In this document: positions 1-9,403 of the stretch, in pieces
Position numbering within the stretch: position 1 is the stretch's first letter
How the letters are laid out: the number at the start of each line of letters is the position of its first letter
Assembly: GCA_020632095.1 (NCBI GenBank)
Contig: JACKGF010000001.1
Location: 930,713-994,712 of the forward strand
Direction: 5' to 3'
Length of the DNA stretch: 64,000 nt
From: Candidatus Nomurabacteria bacterium
GTDB lineage: Bacteria > Patescibacteriota > Minisyncoccia > Phycocordibacterales > UBA918
Position numbers and translations under genes: made by a program
Notes under the pieces: generated by a model
Database searches by the model: none
Seen by the model: only the letters and a program-made list of their open reading frames with translations
What the model was told of the DNA's origin: nothing

Positions 1-82
1 GTGTATACAATTAACGGTTACTTTTTAATGTAAGTTCTTCACAAGTAGTGCTTTTCAAAACCTATCACTTAGGAGGGAAAAT

Positions 83-1132
83 ATGAAAAACCCAATGTCG
101 TATTTTTACGGTTCGTTCGCTAGCCTGCTCGTTGCCTTACCTTTTGGTTATTGGGTGATGGGTTGGTCAGGTGTGTGGGTCGTTACTGTGTTGGCTGTTC
201 TGGAAACATCGTTGTCATTGGACAACGCGGTCGTGAATGCTAAAGTGCTTGACGGCTGGGACAGTACTTGGAGAAGAATCTTTCTCTGGGTCGGGCTTCC
301 GATTGCTGTTTTTGGCATGAGATTGGTCTTTCCAATCTTGATTGTGTCGTTGACCACTGGTCTCGGTATGACTGAGGCTTTTCAGCTGGCGCTTCACAAG
401 CCGGATGAATACGAACATGCGCTGACTTCAGCACATCATGAAGTGGCTGCCTTTGGTGGATCTTTCTTGATGATGGTGGCGCTTCAATTTTTCTTCGATG
501 ATGAAAAGGACGTTCATTGGTTGAAGCCACTGGAACAAGCTTTTGCAAAGTTAGGGAAGTACGAAGTCGCCCTAGAGGCCGGCATTACGATGCTTGTCTT
601 GATGATTGCGGCATCGTTGCTTCATGGTCACGAGAAAGCTGAGTTTGTGGTCGCTGGTGTGTACGGTTTTATTACCTATATCACCACAAAAGCGGTGGGG
701 CAATTGCTTTCTGGAGATAATGAGGATACCGGCAAGAAAGTGGCTCAAGGTGTCGGTGGTATGTTGTATCTTGAAGTGCTGGATGCTTCGTTCAGTTTTG
801 ACGGTGTTATCGGCGCCTTTGCCATCAGTAACAATCTTCTGCTCATTCTCGCTGGTTTGGGTGTGGGCGCGATGTTTGTCAGGTCGTTCACTATCTACCT
901 GGTAGACAAGGGTACGTTGGGTAAGTATCAATATCTAGAACACGGTGCCTTCTGGGCAATCGCCGCATTGGCAGTAATCATGTTTGTCGGGGTTGAAATC
1001 GAGATTCCCGAAACCATCACCGGTTTCATCGGTGCCGGTTTCATCGGTATCGCCTTCTGGAGTTCAGTGCGGGCAAACAAAAAGACCGAGGCAGAAAAAG
1101 TAGAAGCTGAGATTGTGCCCGAAAAGGTATAG
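83..1132 (+). CDS. TerC/DUF475-family integral membrane protein
   Basis: 349 aa multi-TM protein with SLDNAVVNA motif typical of TerC/DUF475 clan; AGGAGG RBS 8 nt upstream of ATG; heads a cluster with TelA-like and TerD genes. Confidence 0.6.
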   Translation: MKNPMSYFYGSFASLLVALPFGYWVMGWSGVWVVTVLAVLETSLSLDNAVVNAKVLDGWDSTWRRIFLWVGLPIAVFGMRLVFPILIVSLTTGLGMTEAFQLALHKPDEYEHALTSAHHEVAAFGGSFLMMVALQFFFDDEKDVHWLKPLEQAFAKLGKYEVALEAGITMLVLMIAASLLHGHEKAEFVVAGVYGFITYITTKAVGQLLSGDNEDTGKKVAQGVGGMLYLEVLDASFSFDGVIGAFAISNNLLLILAGLGVGAMFVRSFTIYLVDKGTLGKYQYLEHGAFWAIAALAVIMFVGVEIEIPETITGFIGAGFIGIAFWSSVRANKKTEAEKVEAEIVPEKV

Positions 1133-1279
1133 CTCAAATTTGAGAGGTAACTACTCTTCGGAATAACCATTGGGACGAATCCGTTAAGTTCGTCCCCTCA
1201 CTAGGAGTGACAATCTCATTAGATTGAAGCCCCTTAGAGTTGTGTCCTTTGACAATTTAACTTTATAGAAAGGTGATAA

Positions 1280-2488
1280 ATGAAACCTACTACCATTGGT
1301 TCTGTTGTTAGGACGACTGTGCCGGTTGCTATGCCTGAAGCTCAGGTGGTGTTTGCACCGGTCGTTGTTTCAAACCTACCTTGCGCTGTTAACTCTGAGC
1401 AACTGGCTCTCGTGAATAAATATCTTTCTGAGGTTGACTTCATGACGCTTCCTACGCGGGAGATTGCCACGCTCGGTAATGATGCTGAAATAGCTCTTCA
1501 CCGCACGCTGGATGGTTTTCTGTCTAAAATCGATCAATTCGAAAGTCCATGGCTGTTTCAGCTCATGGTGGAATTGAAAGAAGTAGTGGATAAACAGCAT
1601 CTGCCTGAACTCGCTGATCGAATCTTAAATGACAAGCCGGGGATGTTAGACCGTTTCAAAGGCATATTTAGTCGCAAAGCACTCACGAAGGCGATGGATG
1701 AAGCTTGGGAAGAGACTAAACGTCTCGCCTCGGGCAAAACCAAAACCTTGGCTGATCTTGTCACGACTATGGATCGTGAACTTAAGACCGAGCAACAAAA
1801 GCTTTGTATGGAGATTCGTTCCATGGAAGAACTCAAGGATGCTTATCGAAATCGCTTTGGCGATTTCGTGGTGGCTACTGCGTTTACTTCTGTATTCTTT
1901 GGACGTGCCAAAGAGCAGGTGATGCTGTTTGAGCAATCAATGGATCCGAACAACCCTGTGCAAAACGCGGAGTTGCAGGAATTGCATGATAAGCTCCAGG
2001 CTCTTGAAAGCCGTGCACTCGCTCTAGAAGGAACGTTGACTAGCTTGCCTGCGGATCAACTTGTGATTCGACAGCTTCAAAATGCTGGTATCTCAACCCT
2101 GCAAGAGACCACAGCAACGGCCTCGGCTCGATTCGCAAGTATCAAGATGACACTTCTGACGCTTCATGGAGCGTTGGTTGCCAAAGGTGTCCAGCGTCTT
2201 GCAGCGCAAGGTGCTGCACTGGACGCAAATCTGTTGGCTGTTCGTGGTCAGTTGATGAAGGATGTTGTTACAACTTCAGCTAATGCGCCCGGTGACAACC
2301 GACTCGCACAAGCTAAGCAGCTGTGTGATATCGTTACAGAGACTGCTGAGTTGGTAAGTATTGTTGAACAAGCTCGTGTGAGTAATCAGCAGAAGTTTGC
2401 GCAAGCACGTCAGCTCTTTGAAGGGTCTCGGCAACAAATGCTTATGCTCGGTAAGCAAATTCGTCCTGATCAAGAGTTGAATAACTAA
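1280..2488 (+). CDS. TelA-like toxic anion resistance family protein (putative)
   Basis: 402 aa soluble, coiled-coil-rich protein of TelA/KlaA size, placed between TerC-like and TerD genes; GGTGA RBS; family assignment from context and gestalt, not verified. Confidence 0.4.
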   Translation: MKPTTIGSVVRTTVPVAMPEAQVVFAPVVVSNLPCAVNSEQLALVNKYLSEVDFMTLPTREIATLGNDAEIALHRTLDGFLSKIDQFESPWLFQLMVELKEVVDKQHLPELADRILNDKPGMLDRFKGIFSRKALTKAMDEAWEETKRLASGKTKTLADLVTTMDRELKTEQQKLCMEIRSMEELKDAYRNRFGDFVVATAFTSVFFGRAKEQVMLFEQSMDPNNPVQNAELQELHDKLQALESRALALEGTLTSLPADQLVIRQLQNAGISTLQETTATASARFASIKMTLLTLHGALVAKGVQRLAAQGAALDANLLAVRGQLMKDVVTTSANAPGDNRLAQAKQLCDIVTETAELVSIVEQARVSNQQKFAQARQLFEGSRQQMLMLGKQIRPDQELNN

Positions 2489-2498
2489 GGAGGATGTC

Positions 2499-2687
2499 AT
2501 GAAATGTAGAAACTGTGGGTCGGAAGACTTTGATGTGAATAATCATTGTAAAAGATGTTCACATCGGTCAACTAGTCGCAGAGATGAATCGGTCACCGAC
2601 GAAATTATCGATATAGTTGGTGATGTGGTTGAAAGTGTCTTTGAAGGTGTAGGTGATGTTGCTGGAGATATTTTCAGCGACTTTTGA
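2499..2687 (+). CDS. small zinc-ribbon protein (CxxC...CxxC)
   Basis: 62 aa, strong AAGGAGG RBS, two CxxC pairs then acidic tail. Confidence 0.3.
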   Translation: MKCRNCGSEDFDVNNHCKRCSHRSTSRRDESVTDEIIDIVGDVVESVFEGVGDVAGDIFSDF

Positions 2688-2782
2688 AATTGTAGTAAAA
2701 AATGTAGTTTAACCATAGCCCTTAAGGGCGGCCTGATGTGTATCTGCCATGGTATACGGAAGGCTTGATTAGGAGTTACAAC

Positions 2783-3397
2783 ATGGCTTTGAAACCTCTC
2801 AACTTGGTAAAACAAGGCGACGTCGCCCCTAAACTTTCTCTGAATCTCTCCAAAGTGGCGCGGTTCACTGCGGAACTGTTCTGGGACTCGGAACATGACC
2901 TCGACGCCCACGCCCTGCTCGCCACTAATTCCGGTGATGGGGCCAAGGTGTCGGCTTTCGAGCAGGTGCTCAGTACCTACAACTGCAAGAAAACCAATCC
3001 TCAAGGTTGTTTGAATGGCAACTCTGACGGATCGTTCTCGACGCCGGAAGGAGCTTTGACTCACGGTGGCGATGCTCGGACTGGTGTCAACGCTGATGTC
3101 GACGAGGTCATCATCATCGACGGCGCAAAAATGCCGTCTGGTGTGAATGAAATCCCGATTTTCGTGACGATTCACCCTTCCAAGTCGGCCAAGTTTGCCG
3201 ACGTGAAATCGGCAGGTATCCGCATCAAAAATGACCAAGGTGTCGTGCTTGGTGAATACGAGTTGTCCAATCAGTTTGGCCAGTTCGATGCTGTTCAGAT
3301 GGGGAGCTTGCTTCTCGGTCCGTCCGGTTGGGAATTTGTTGAAGCTGGTGCCGGTTTTAACGGTGACTTCAACAGTATCCTGGAATACTTTTCGTAG
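2783..3397 (+). CDS. TerD-domain stress protein
   Basis: Motifs DLDAHALL and GGDARTG..DVDEVIIIDGAKMP..IPIFVTIH match the TerD/CABP fold signature (GDNxTGEGDGDDE-I-I-L); true start taken at MALKPLNL with AGGAG RBS rather than the longer track ORF. Confidence 0.7.
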   Translation: MALKPLNLVKQGDVAPKLSLNLSKVARFTAELFWDSEHDLDAHALLATNSGDGAKVSAFEQVLSTYNCKKTNPQGCLNGNSDGSFSTPEGALTHGGDARTGVNADVDEVIIIDGAKMPSGVNEIPIFVTIHPSKSAKFADVKSAGIRIKNDQGVVLGEYELSNQFGQFDAVQMGSLLLGPSGWEFVEAGAGFNGDFNSILEYFS

Positions 3398-3417
3398 TAA
3401 TCAACTAGGAGATTCTG

Positions 3418-4524
3418 ATGTCAGGAACAAACGGCTGTCAACAACCTCCGTTGGTTCCTGGCACAGTGTCTGGGACAACAAGGAGGCCGACTGTGATCGG
3501 AGATAGGAAAGGAAGTCCTTCGCATTCAGCAACCGCTTTACAAGATCGGAAGCCGACCGTGCTAGGGTCCAAACCAGCTCCGGTTGCAAATAGGCCAACA
3601 ACCATGATGGGAGAAAGTCCGCCAGCAACCGTCTCACAAGAGCGGAAGTCGACGGTTATCTCTCATGTCCAGCCCAGTATGACAGTATCTGAAGATGCTC
3701 CCAAAAAACCATTTATCGTTTCGAAACCCTCGGTTATACCAGGGACGGTGCGTAAGGGGTTTGTCGTAGAAACTGCTGATCTTAAGAAAGCCTTTGTTGG
3801 TTCGTCACATGAGGTGATTGTGAGAGCAGTAATTTTGTTGAGAGGTACAATTGTAGAAACTCTCAATACATCAGCTTGTTCACAGTGGGGAGCGATAGTT
3901 GGACAGCGATATGGGGTGCTTGTTAATGAAGCTCTAACCCACGCCTCATCAAAGGCAATAAGGGACGGAGCAAGTCATATGAGACGACTTTATCGCTTGT
4001 TAGAAGAAGTAGCTCAAGCTTTCCAAAAGAAGAGTTCAAAGGGAAGGTTTTGGGAAAAAGCGAAGACGCCTTGGGAGAAATTCCACGATGTCCAAGCAGA
4101 AGTAGATCAGCTTCGTGTGCTATTAGGTAATGTATTGCCCGGTTTGCGTGAGGTGCAGGTTAAGCTCGGGAATGTTTCGACTGATCTGCTTGAACTATCT
4201 TCAGAAATTGAAGCGTGGAGTATCGCGGCCTGTTTCCTGGCCGACACTCTTGGTCAAAACGACCAAAGGTCTTCGCACTTAATGGATCAGAGTATAAGCC
4301 TCGCTAAGATGATTGCTCTGATTCAAGAGGGAGTATTGATGCGTGAGGACAGCATTAGAGAAGTCGATGCTCTCGCTGATCGTATTCAGGAAGGGGTCCT
4401 AGTGACCTTGCCTGCGTGGATTGAAAAAGTTGTACATGTATCACAAAAAACCTCTCATACTGAAACGGATAGTTATACTCTCCGGCAAGGTATTGAGAAC
4501 ATCATACAATGTATCAAACCGTAA
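3418..4524 (+). CDS. hypothetical protein with N-terminal degenerate repeats (RKxTVxG..KP)
   Basis: 368 aa ORF, AGGAG RBS; three imperfect 12-15 aa repeats near N-terminus; no recognisable domain. Confidence 0.45.
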   Translation: MSGTNGCQQPPLVPGTVSGTTRRPTVIGDRKGSPSHSATALQDRKPTVLGSKPAPVANRPTTMMGESPPATVSQERKSTVISHVQPSMTVSEDAPKKPFIVSKPSVIPGTVRKGFVVETADLKKAFVGSSHEVIVRAVILLRGTIVETLNTSACSQWGAIVGQRYGVLVNEALTHASSKAIRDGASHMRRLYRLLEEVAQAFQKKSSKGRFWEKAKTPWEKFHDVQAEVDQLRVLLGNVLPGLREVQVKLGNVSTDLLELSSEIEAWSIAACFLADTLGQNDQRSSHLMDQSISLAKMIALIQEGVLMREDSIREVDALADRIQEGVLVTLPAWIEKVVHVSQKTSHTETDSYTLRQGIENIIQCIKP

Positions 4525-4535
4525 AGGAAAAAATA

Positions 4536-5341
4536 TGGCTCTGCAACTTGATTTGAACAAAGCTTCCGCCAAGTTGGTGCTCTCGCTTCAAAAGGCAGGT
4601 ATCACTACTCCGCCTTCTGTCGAGGTCGCTTTTGATCTGGATGTTTCAGGTTCGTTCGAAGACGAGCATCGTGATGGCTTGACGAATGATCTCATGGCAC
4701 GGCTTGTGCCTTGGGGTCTGGTGTTTGATCCGGACAAACAGCTCGACGTTTTTACCTTCAGTAGTCGGCCGGACAGTGTCTACAATGTGGGTTCGGTAAA
4801 CGCCGATAACTACGAAGGTTTCGTGATGAGGGAGATTTACGAAAAAGTTCCGGGTTGGAGCGGTGGTACTGACTACAGCTACGTGTTGCAGCGCAACCTA
4901 CAACTGTTTGGTTGGGCACCACAAGACGAAGTCGCGGCTGAAAAAACCAAGAGTTTCTTCGGCGGATTGTTTGGTGGAGGCAAAAAACCAACCGTTGCAT
5001 CGGCTCCGGTTGCGAAGCGTAAGTCGCTCGTTCTTTTTACTACGGACGGCGAAAACTCCGACAAGGACCGTACTGAGCGTCTGTTGGCTGAATCCGAAGC
5101 CCGCGGAGATGGGGTGTACTTTCTCTTTCTCGGTGTTTCACAGCAAGAGAAGCAACGTGCCGCCGAGTCGAAGAAAGCCTTCGGTAAGCGCGCCTTTCCG
5201 TTCATTCACGGCTTGGGCGAGAAGTTCAATAATGTCGGCTTTGAACCCATTAGCGACGTTCGCGAGTGGGTGAGTCAGACGGATGAAGCAATCAATGAGG
5301 CACTCATCAGCGATGAACTCGTCCTTTGGTTCAAGCAATGA
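4536..5341 (+). CDS. vWA-like (TerY-like) domain protein
   Basis: MIDAS-like DLDVSGSF motif after a hydrophobic strand, FTFSS and GGTDYSYVL motifs in vWA order; start moved to ATG at 4536 (AGGAAAAAAT upstream) because the track ORF overlaps the previous gene. Confidence 0.45.
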
Positions 5342-5374
5342 TGTGTTCTTGAAAAGTTAGCCTCTTAATTGAGG

Positions 5375-5402
5375 AACGCCCCTAGTATAGGGGCGTTTTT
5401 TT
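5375..5402 (+). terminator. rho-independent terminator
   Basis: GC hairpin cccctagtataggggcg followed by T7 run. Confidence 0.6.
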
Positions 5403-5547
5403 ATATCTAAAAACCTCCGGCTTCAGCCGGAGTGTACGTTTGCAGGCAACGCATATACTAAAGCTGTCCGGCAGGACAGCTTTAGTAATTAATACAATAC
5501 GTATACGCAAACGTACCATTAAAACCCTATCACATTGTTATTACGAA

Positions 5548-5958
5548 ATGAAATACCACCTAGTATGGACTCCAAAATACCGAGGTAAGGTACTAGGCCC
5601 ACAAAAGGTTAAAGATGAGTTTCGAATAACCTTTGAAACCATAACAAGATGGAAACACTGGGAAATCATTGAACTCAATATCCAAGAAGACCATATACAC
5701 ATGATTCTATCAGCTTCACCTAGAGACTCCATCTCATACATAATGCAGATGATTAAAGGCACAAAAGCTCAGCTTGGTTAAAAAAGAAAATTAAAAGAGC
5801 TCATGGTCTTTATGAACAAAAGTCACCATGGGCCAGAGGCTATTTTGTTTCTACGATTGGTCTAGATGAAATGATTATCCGTCGGTATGTTAAACACCAA
5901 CATCACCATAATCAAATGGTCTTTATGAACAAAAGTCACCATGGGCCAGAGGCTATTT
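5548..5958 (+). pseudogene. tnpA: IS200/IS605 tnpA, frameshifted
   Basis: N-terminal part MKYHLVWTPKYRGKVL...EDHIHMIL ends at 5781; C-terminal conserved part (SPWARGYFVSTIGLDEMIIRRYVKHQ) continues in another frame and runs into a tandem duplication. Confidence 0.6.
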
Positions 5959-6028
5959 TGTTTCTACGATTGGTCTAGATGAAATGATTATCTGTCGGTA
6001 TGTTAAACACCAACATCACCATAATCAA
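5803..6028 (+). repeat. tandem duplication, 2 x 113 bp, 1 mismatch
   Basis: atggtctttatgaacaaaagtcaccatggg...catcaccataatcaa occurs twice back-to-back (5803-5915 and 5916-6028), covering the tnpA 3' end. Confidence 0.85.
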
Positions 6029-6570
6029 GTTGATCAACCATCTCTCTTTACCAAACTTATCTCTGATTAACTATGTATCTGCCCGCTTCGCGGGCCTGAA
6101 GCTCACGCCGTTAGGTTGAGCCAAAGCCACCGGCCCTAAGGCCGGTGGTTGTTTACTTACTTATGTATAAATTTGTCAACCAAAACCAGATTTTCTATTG
6201 CTTTTTGGGTATATTCTGGTATTGTTGCGGGCAAGACGTGCAGGTACTTACTGATCAACTGTTTTAAAGTCTCAACACAATTGAGACGTATAAAGCATTG
6301 TTTCGGGTCGTCGTGTCTAAAAATATGGCTACAAAACTGCGGTTCACCCTCAATGAACATTAGTTCATTTCAGGCTCCACCTTGTTTTTCGCTCATATTT
6401 TTAAACACTTTGGACCGCGATGATTCTTTAAACAGTTTCTCGAGAAGCCTGTCGTTGAAGGCGAGGGGGGTGGTAAAGATTCTTTTAGAATTTTTATCAC
6501 CCACGAGCCGGATTTATAAGGGGGCACGTCATCGTTTCTAGGTGATACGGCTCCATAACAAAAAATAATC

Positions 6571-6756
6571 GTGGCACGAAAGGCTTTAATTATCCGCTCA
6601 GAGCGGACACCAAAGTTCAATTCGCGTGTGGTCCGACGTTGCAAGCTTTGCGCTCGCGGCAAGGGGTACATGCGTGACTTCGATATGTGTCGTATTTGCT
6701 TCCGCGAACACGCACACGAAGGACATATACCAGGCATAAGAAAATCATCATGGTAG
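6571..6756 (+). CDS. rpsN: 30S ribosomal protein S14 type Z (zinc-binding, 61 aa)
   Basis: MARKALIIRSERTPKF...CKLCARGKGYMRDFDMCRICFRE is the classic S14Z sequence with CxxC-CxxC. Confidence 0.85.
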   Translation: MARKALIIRSERTPKFNSRVVRRCKLCARGKGYMRDFDMCRICFREHAHEGHIPGIRKSSW

Positions 6757-7145
6757 GCGACTCAATTGGCGATTTGATTATCCGCCTTAAAAACGCAGGC
6801 GCTGTAGGAAAAAGTACTGTTTCATTACCGTACTCAAAACTCCGACACGCAGTTGCAGATAAGCTAGCAGAAGCAGGGTATGTTGCGTCAGTAACAACCA
6901 AAGGAAAGCAGGTACAAGAAAAAACCCTCGAAGTGACACTTAGCTATGTAAACGACGAACATCGAATTACTGATGTGAAGCGAATTTCAAAGCCAGGTCG
7001 ACGTCTCTACACGAAGGTGGCGGATTTACATCCGGTTAAATTTGGAAAGGGACACATGATTCTTTCTACTCCAGCTGGCATTCTAACGAATGACGAGGCT
7101 AGAGCTAAGAAAGTTGGAGGTGAACAACTTTTCATCATTTGGTAA
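6740..7145 (+). CDS. rpsH: 30S ribosomal protein S8
   Basis: MVGDSIGDLIIRLKNAG...; start chosen at ATG 6740 overlapping rpsN end, the track ORF has an in-frame upstream extension. Confidence 0.85.
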
Positions 7146-7678
7146 GTATGAGTCGATTAGGAAAAATTCCAGTAACTATTCCAGCCGGCGTCACTGTGAC
7201 GTTTGCGGACGGGGTACTGACGGTCCAAGGACAAAAAGCGACACTAACTCGTGAGATGAAAGATGATGTAAATGTGGTTGTTGCCGATGGCACAATTACT
7301 TTTTCACCAGGTAACACACCAGAAGCTAAGGCTTTGTGGGGAACTTACGCTGCTCACGCTCGAAATATGATTACTGGTGTAACTGAAGGGTTCACTAAGA
7401 TTCTTGAAATCGAAGGAGTTGGTTACCGAGCAGAAGTGAAGGGAAATGAAATCGTTTTGAACGTTGGATTTTCTCATCAAGTCATGCTGACTATTCCCGC
7501 AGGCATGACAGCTGAAGTAGTAAAGAATGTTATTACTCTAACTGGGTATGACAAAGATGCACTAGGTCAGTTTGCTGCTAATGTGCGTAAGGTTAAGAAG
7601 CCTGAACCATACAAAGGAAAGGGTATTAGGTACCGAGGAGAATTTGTTATCCGCAAGCAAGGTAAGAAGTCTGTTTAG
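7139..7678 (+). CDS. rplF: 50S ribosomal protein L6
   Basis: MSRLGKIPVTIPAGVTV... two-domain L6 signature. Confidence 0.85.
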   Translation: MVSMSRLGKIPVTIPAGVTVTFADGVLTVQGQKATLTREMKDDVNVVVADGTITFSPGNTPEAKALWGTYAAHARNMITGVTEGFTKILEIEGVGYRAEVKGNEIVLNVGFSHQVMLTIPAGMTAEVVKNVITLTGYDKDALGQFAANVRKVKKPEPYKGKGIRYRGEFVIRKQGKKSV

Positions 7679-7687
7679 TTTCAGTAA

Positions 7688-8044
7688 TTGTATATGGAAA
7701 AATCACAATACAAATCACAAATGCGAACACAGCGTCACAAGCGTTTACGTTCAAAGGTGTCTGGTACTGCAGCTCGACCGCGGTTAGCAGTATTTAGGAG
7801 TAATACAGCAGTGTATGCTCAATTGATAGACGATGAAGCCGGAAAGACATTAGGAGCAGCTGATTCTCGAAAGGAAGCAAAAGGCACTCTAGTCGAAAAG
7901 TCTAAGTTAGTAGGAGCAAATATCGCTAAAATGGCGGTAGAAGCTAAGATTACTGAAGTAGTCTTTGACCGTGGTGGTTTTCGCTATCAGGGCACAATAG
8001 CCGCTTTGGCTGATGCAGCAAGAGAGGGAGGGTTGAAGTTTTAG
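7688..8044 (+). CDS. rplR: 50S ribosomal protein L18
   Basis: [24 protein letters not shown]...DRGGFRYQG typical L18. Confidence 0.8.
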   Translation: MYMEKSQYKSQMRTQRHKRLRSKVSGTAARPRLAVFRSNTAVYAQLIDDEAGKTLGAADSRKEAKGTLVEKSKLVGANIAKMAVEAKITEVVFDRGGFRYQGTIAALADAAREGGLKF

Positions 8045-8213
8045 ACCTTAGTGCTGGCTGGATTTGAAAGCAAAGCTTTCAAATCCAGTCATCGCACTAA
8101 AGTCGTTCTACTAAACAGTCCAGTGGACTGTTTAGTAGAACTAGAACTCATAATACTCAAAGAACTCTCATGAGTTCAAAATTATCAAAAACTGAAGTAG
8201 TGAAAATCCCAAA

Positions 8214-8933
8214 TTGATAAAATTTCACTACCTTCATAAGAAAACAACAATGTCAGAAACAAAACAGCAGGAAGCTACAACTGACGTAGAGTCAGACACC
8301 GCTGCTCTCGAGCCAGCATCTGCAGCAAAACCAAAATACAATGGTGATGCAGGAGCTCGAACAGCACCCGATGCACCAGCTGCGACAGGAACGGACCGAG
8401 GTCCTCGTGGTCGTCGTGGTGGAAGTAATGATAGACGAGGTGGTGGAGGAGCCGGCGGTGGACGAAAGCCACGTCGTGGCGCTCGACCAGAACGAGTACG
8501 ACCAGAGTTCGATCAAAAGATTGTCAGTATCCGCCGAGTAACTCGTGTGATGGCAGGTGGACGACGTTTCTCTTTCTCAGTTTCAATGGTTATTGGAGAT
8601 AAGAAAGGAAAGGTGGGAGTCGGTATCGGAAAAGCTAGTGACACACAACTAGCAATTGAAAAGGCAGTTCGTGACGCAAAGAAGCACATGATTGTTGTAC
8701 CGATGGATAATGACGGACGAATTCCACATGATGTACATGTAAAGTACGCTTCCAGTGAAGTAATGATGATGCCAGCGGCTGGTCGTGGACTAGTGGCCGG
8801 TTCATCAGTTCGTACTGTACTTGAACTAGCTGGAGTAAAAGATATTACAGCGAAGATTTTCTCTCGTAGTAAGAACAAACTTAATAACGCACGCGCTGCA
8901 GTCGAAGCGCTCAAGCAACTTAGAAAAGCTTAG
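8214..8933 (+). CDS. rpsE: 30S ribosomal protein S5 with Gly/Arg-rich N-terminal extension
   Basis: VSIRRVTRVMAGGRRFSFSVSMVIGDKKGKVGVGIGKA core S5 motifs; true start may be ATG at 8247. Confidence 0.8.
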   Translation: MIKFHYLHKKTTMSETKQQEATTDVESDTAALEPASAAKPKYNGDAGARTAPDAPAATGTDRGPRGRRGGSNDRRGGGGAGGGRKPRRGARPERVRPEFDQKIVSIRRVTRVMAGGRRFSFSVSMVIGDKKGKVGVGIGKASDTQLAIEKAVRDAKKHMIVVPMDNDGRIPHDVHVKYASSEVMMMPAAGRGLVAGSSVRTVLELAGVKDITAKIFSRSKNKLNNARAAVEALKQLRKA

Positions 8934-8936
8934 TCT

Positions 8937-9386
8937 ATGCAACTTCATGAACTAAAGCCAAGTACACCCCGTCAAACAGCTAAGAGAATTGGACGCGGAG
9001 GAAAGCGTGGTAAGACCTCAGGAAAGGGTCATAAGGGACAAGCAGCACGAGCGGGTAATAGTACCCGTCCAGAAATGCGTGAATTTATCAAGAAGCTACC
9101 AAAGCTTCGTGGACACGGAAAGAACCGAGCCAGAACAGTAAACTCAGAACGAATACTACCAGTAGTAGTAAATGTGTCAGCATTGGAATCAGCTTTTGAG
9201 GCAGGAGCAACTGTTACACCAAAGACAATGGTATTAGCTGGGGTAGTAGAATCAGTAAAGCGACGAGCACCAAAAGTTAAGATTCTTGGAAATGGAAATA
9301 TTACTAAAAAACTAGTTGTTGAAGATTGTCAGGTATCGCAGTCAGCCAAGGAAAAGATTGAAGCCACTGGCGGAAGCGTTAAATAA
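8937..9386 (+). CDS. rplO: 50S ribosomal protein L15
   Basis: MQLHELKPSTPRQTAKRIGRGGKRGKTSGKGHKGQ N-terminus. Confidence 0.85.
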   Translation: MQLHELKPSTPRQTAKRIGRGGKRGKTSGKGHKGQAARAGNSTRPEMREFIKKLPKLRGHGKNRARTVNSERILPVVVNVSALESAFEAGATVTPKTMVLAGVVESVKRRAPKVKILGNGNITKKLVVEDCQVSQSAKEKIEATGGSVK

Positions 9387-9403
9387 GCGGTAGCATTAAG
9401 CTT

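Larger units (their letters stand above)
5405..6150 (+). mobile_element. decayed IS200/IS605-family element (tnpA only, disrupted)
   Basis: Y1 HuH transposase ORF (YHLVWTPKYR, HIHMIL) flanked by subterminal hairpins at about 5414-5432, 6083-6096 and 6127-6150. Confidence 0.6.

Noticed and set aside
4421-4535. N-terminal 38-aa extension of the vWA-like ORF (MKKLYMYHKK...)
   Set aside because: It overlaps the end of the upstream gene; a well-spaced ATG at 4536 with an A/G-rich RBS gives a sensible domain start
6149-6541. 130-aa ORF upstream of rpsN as a gene
   Set aside because: No RBS, overlapped by two antisense ORFs, low-complexity; at most a degraded remnant (possibly of rplE), not a functional gene
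8275-8914. Minus-strand ORFs (65, 74, 133 aa) inside rpsE
   Set aside because: Antisense shadow ORFs of a highly conserved ribosomal protein gene, with repetitive Gly/Arg codon-derived composition
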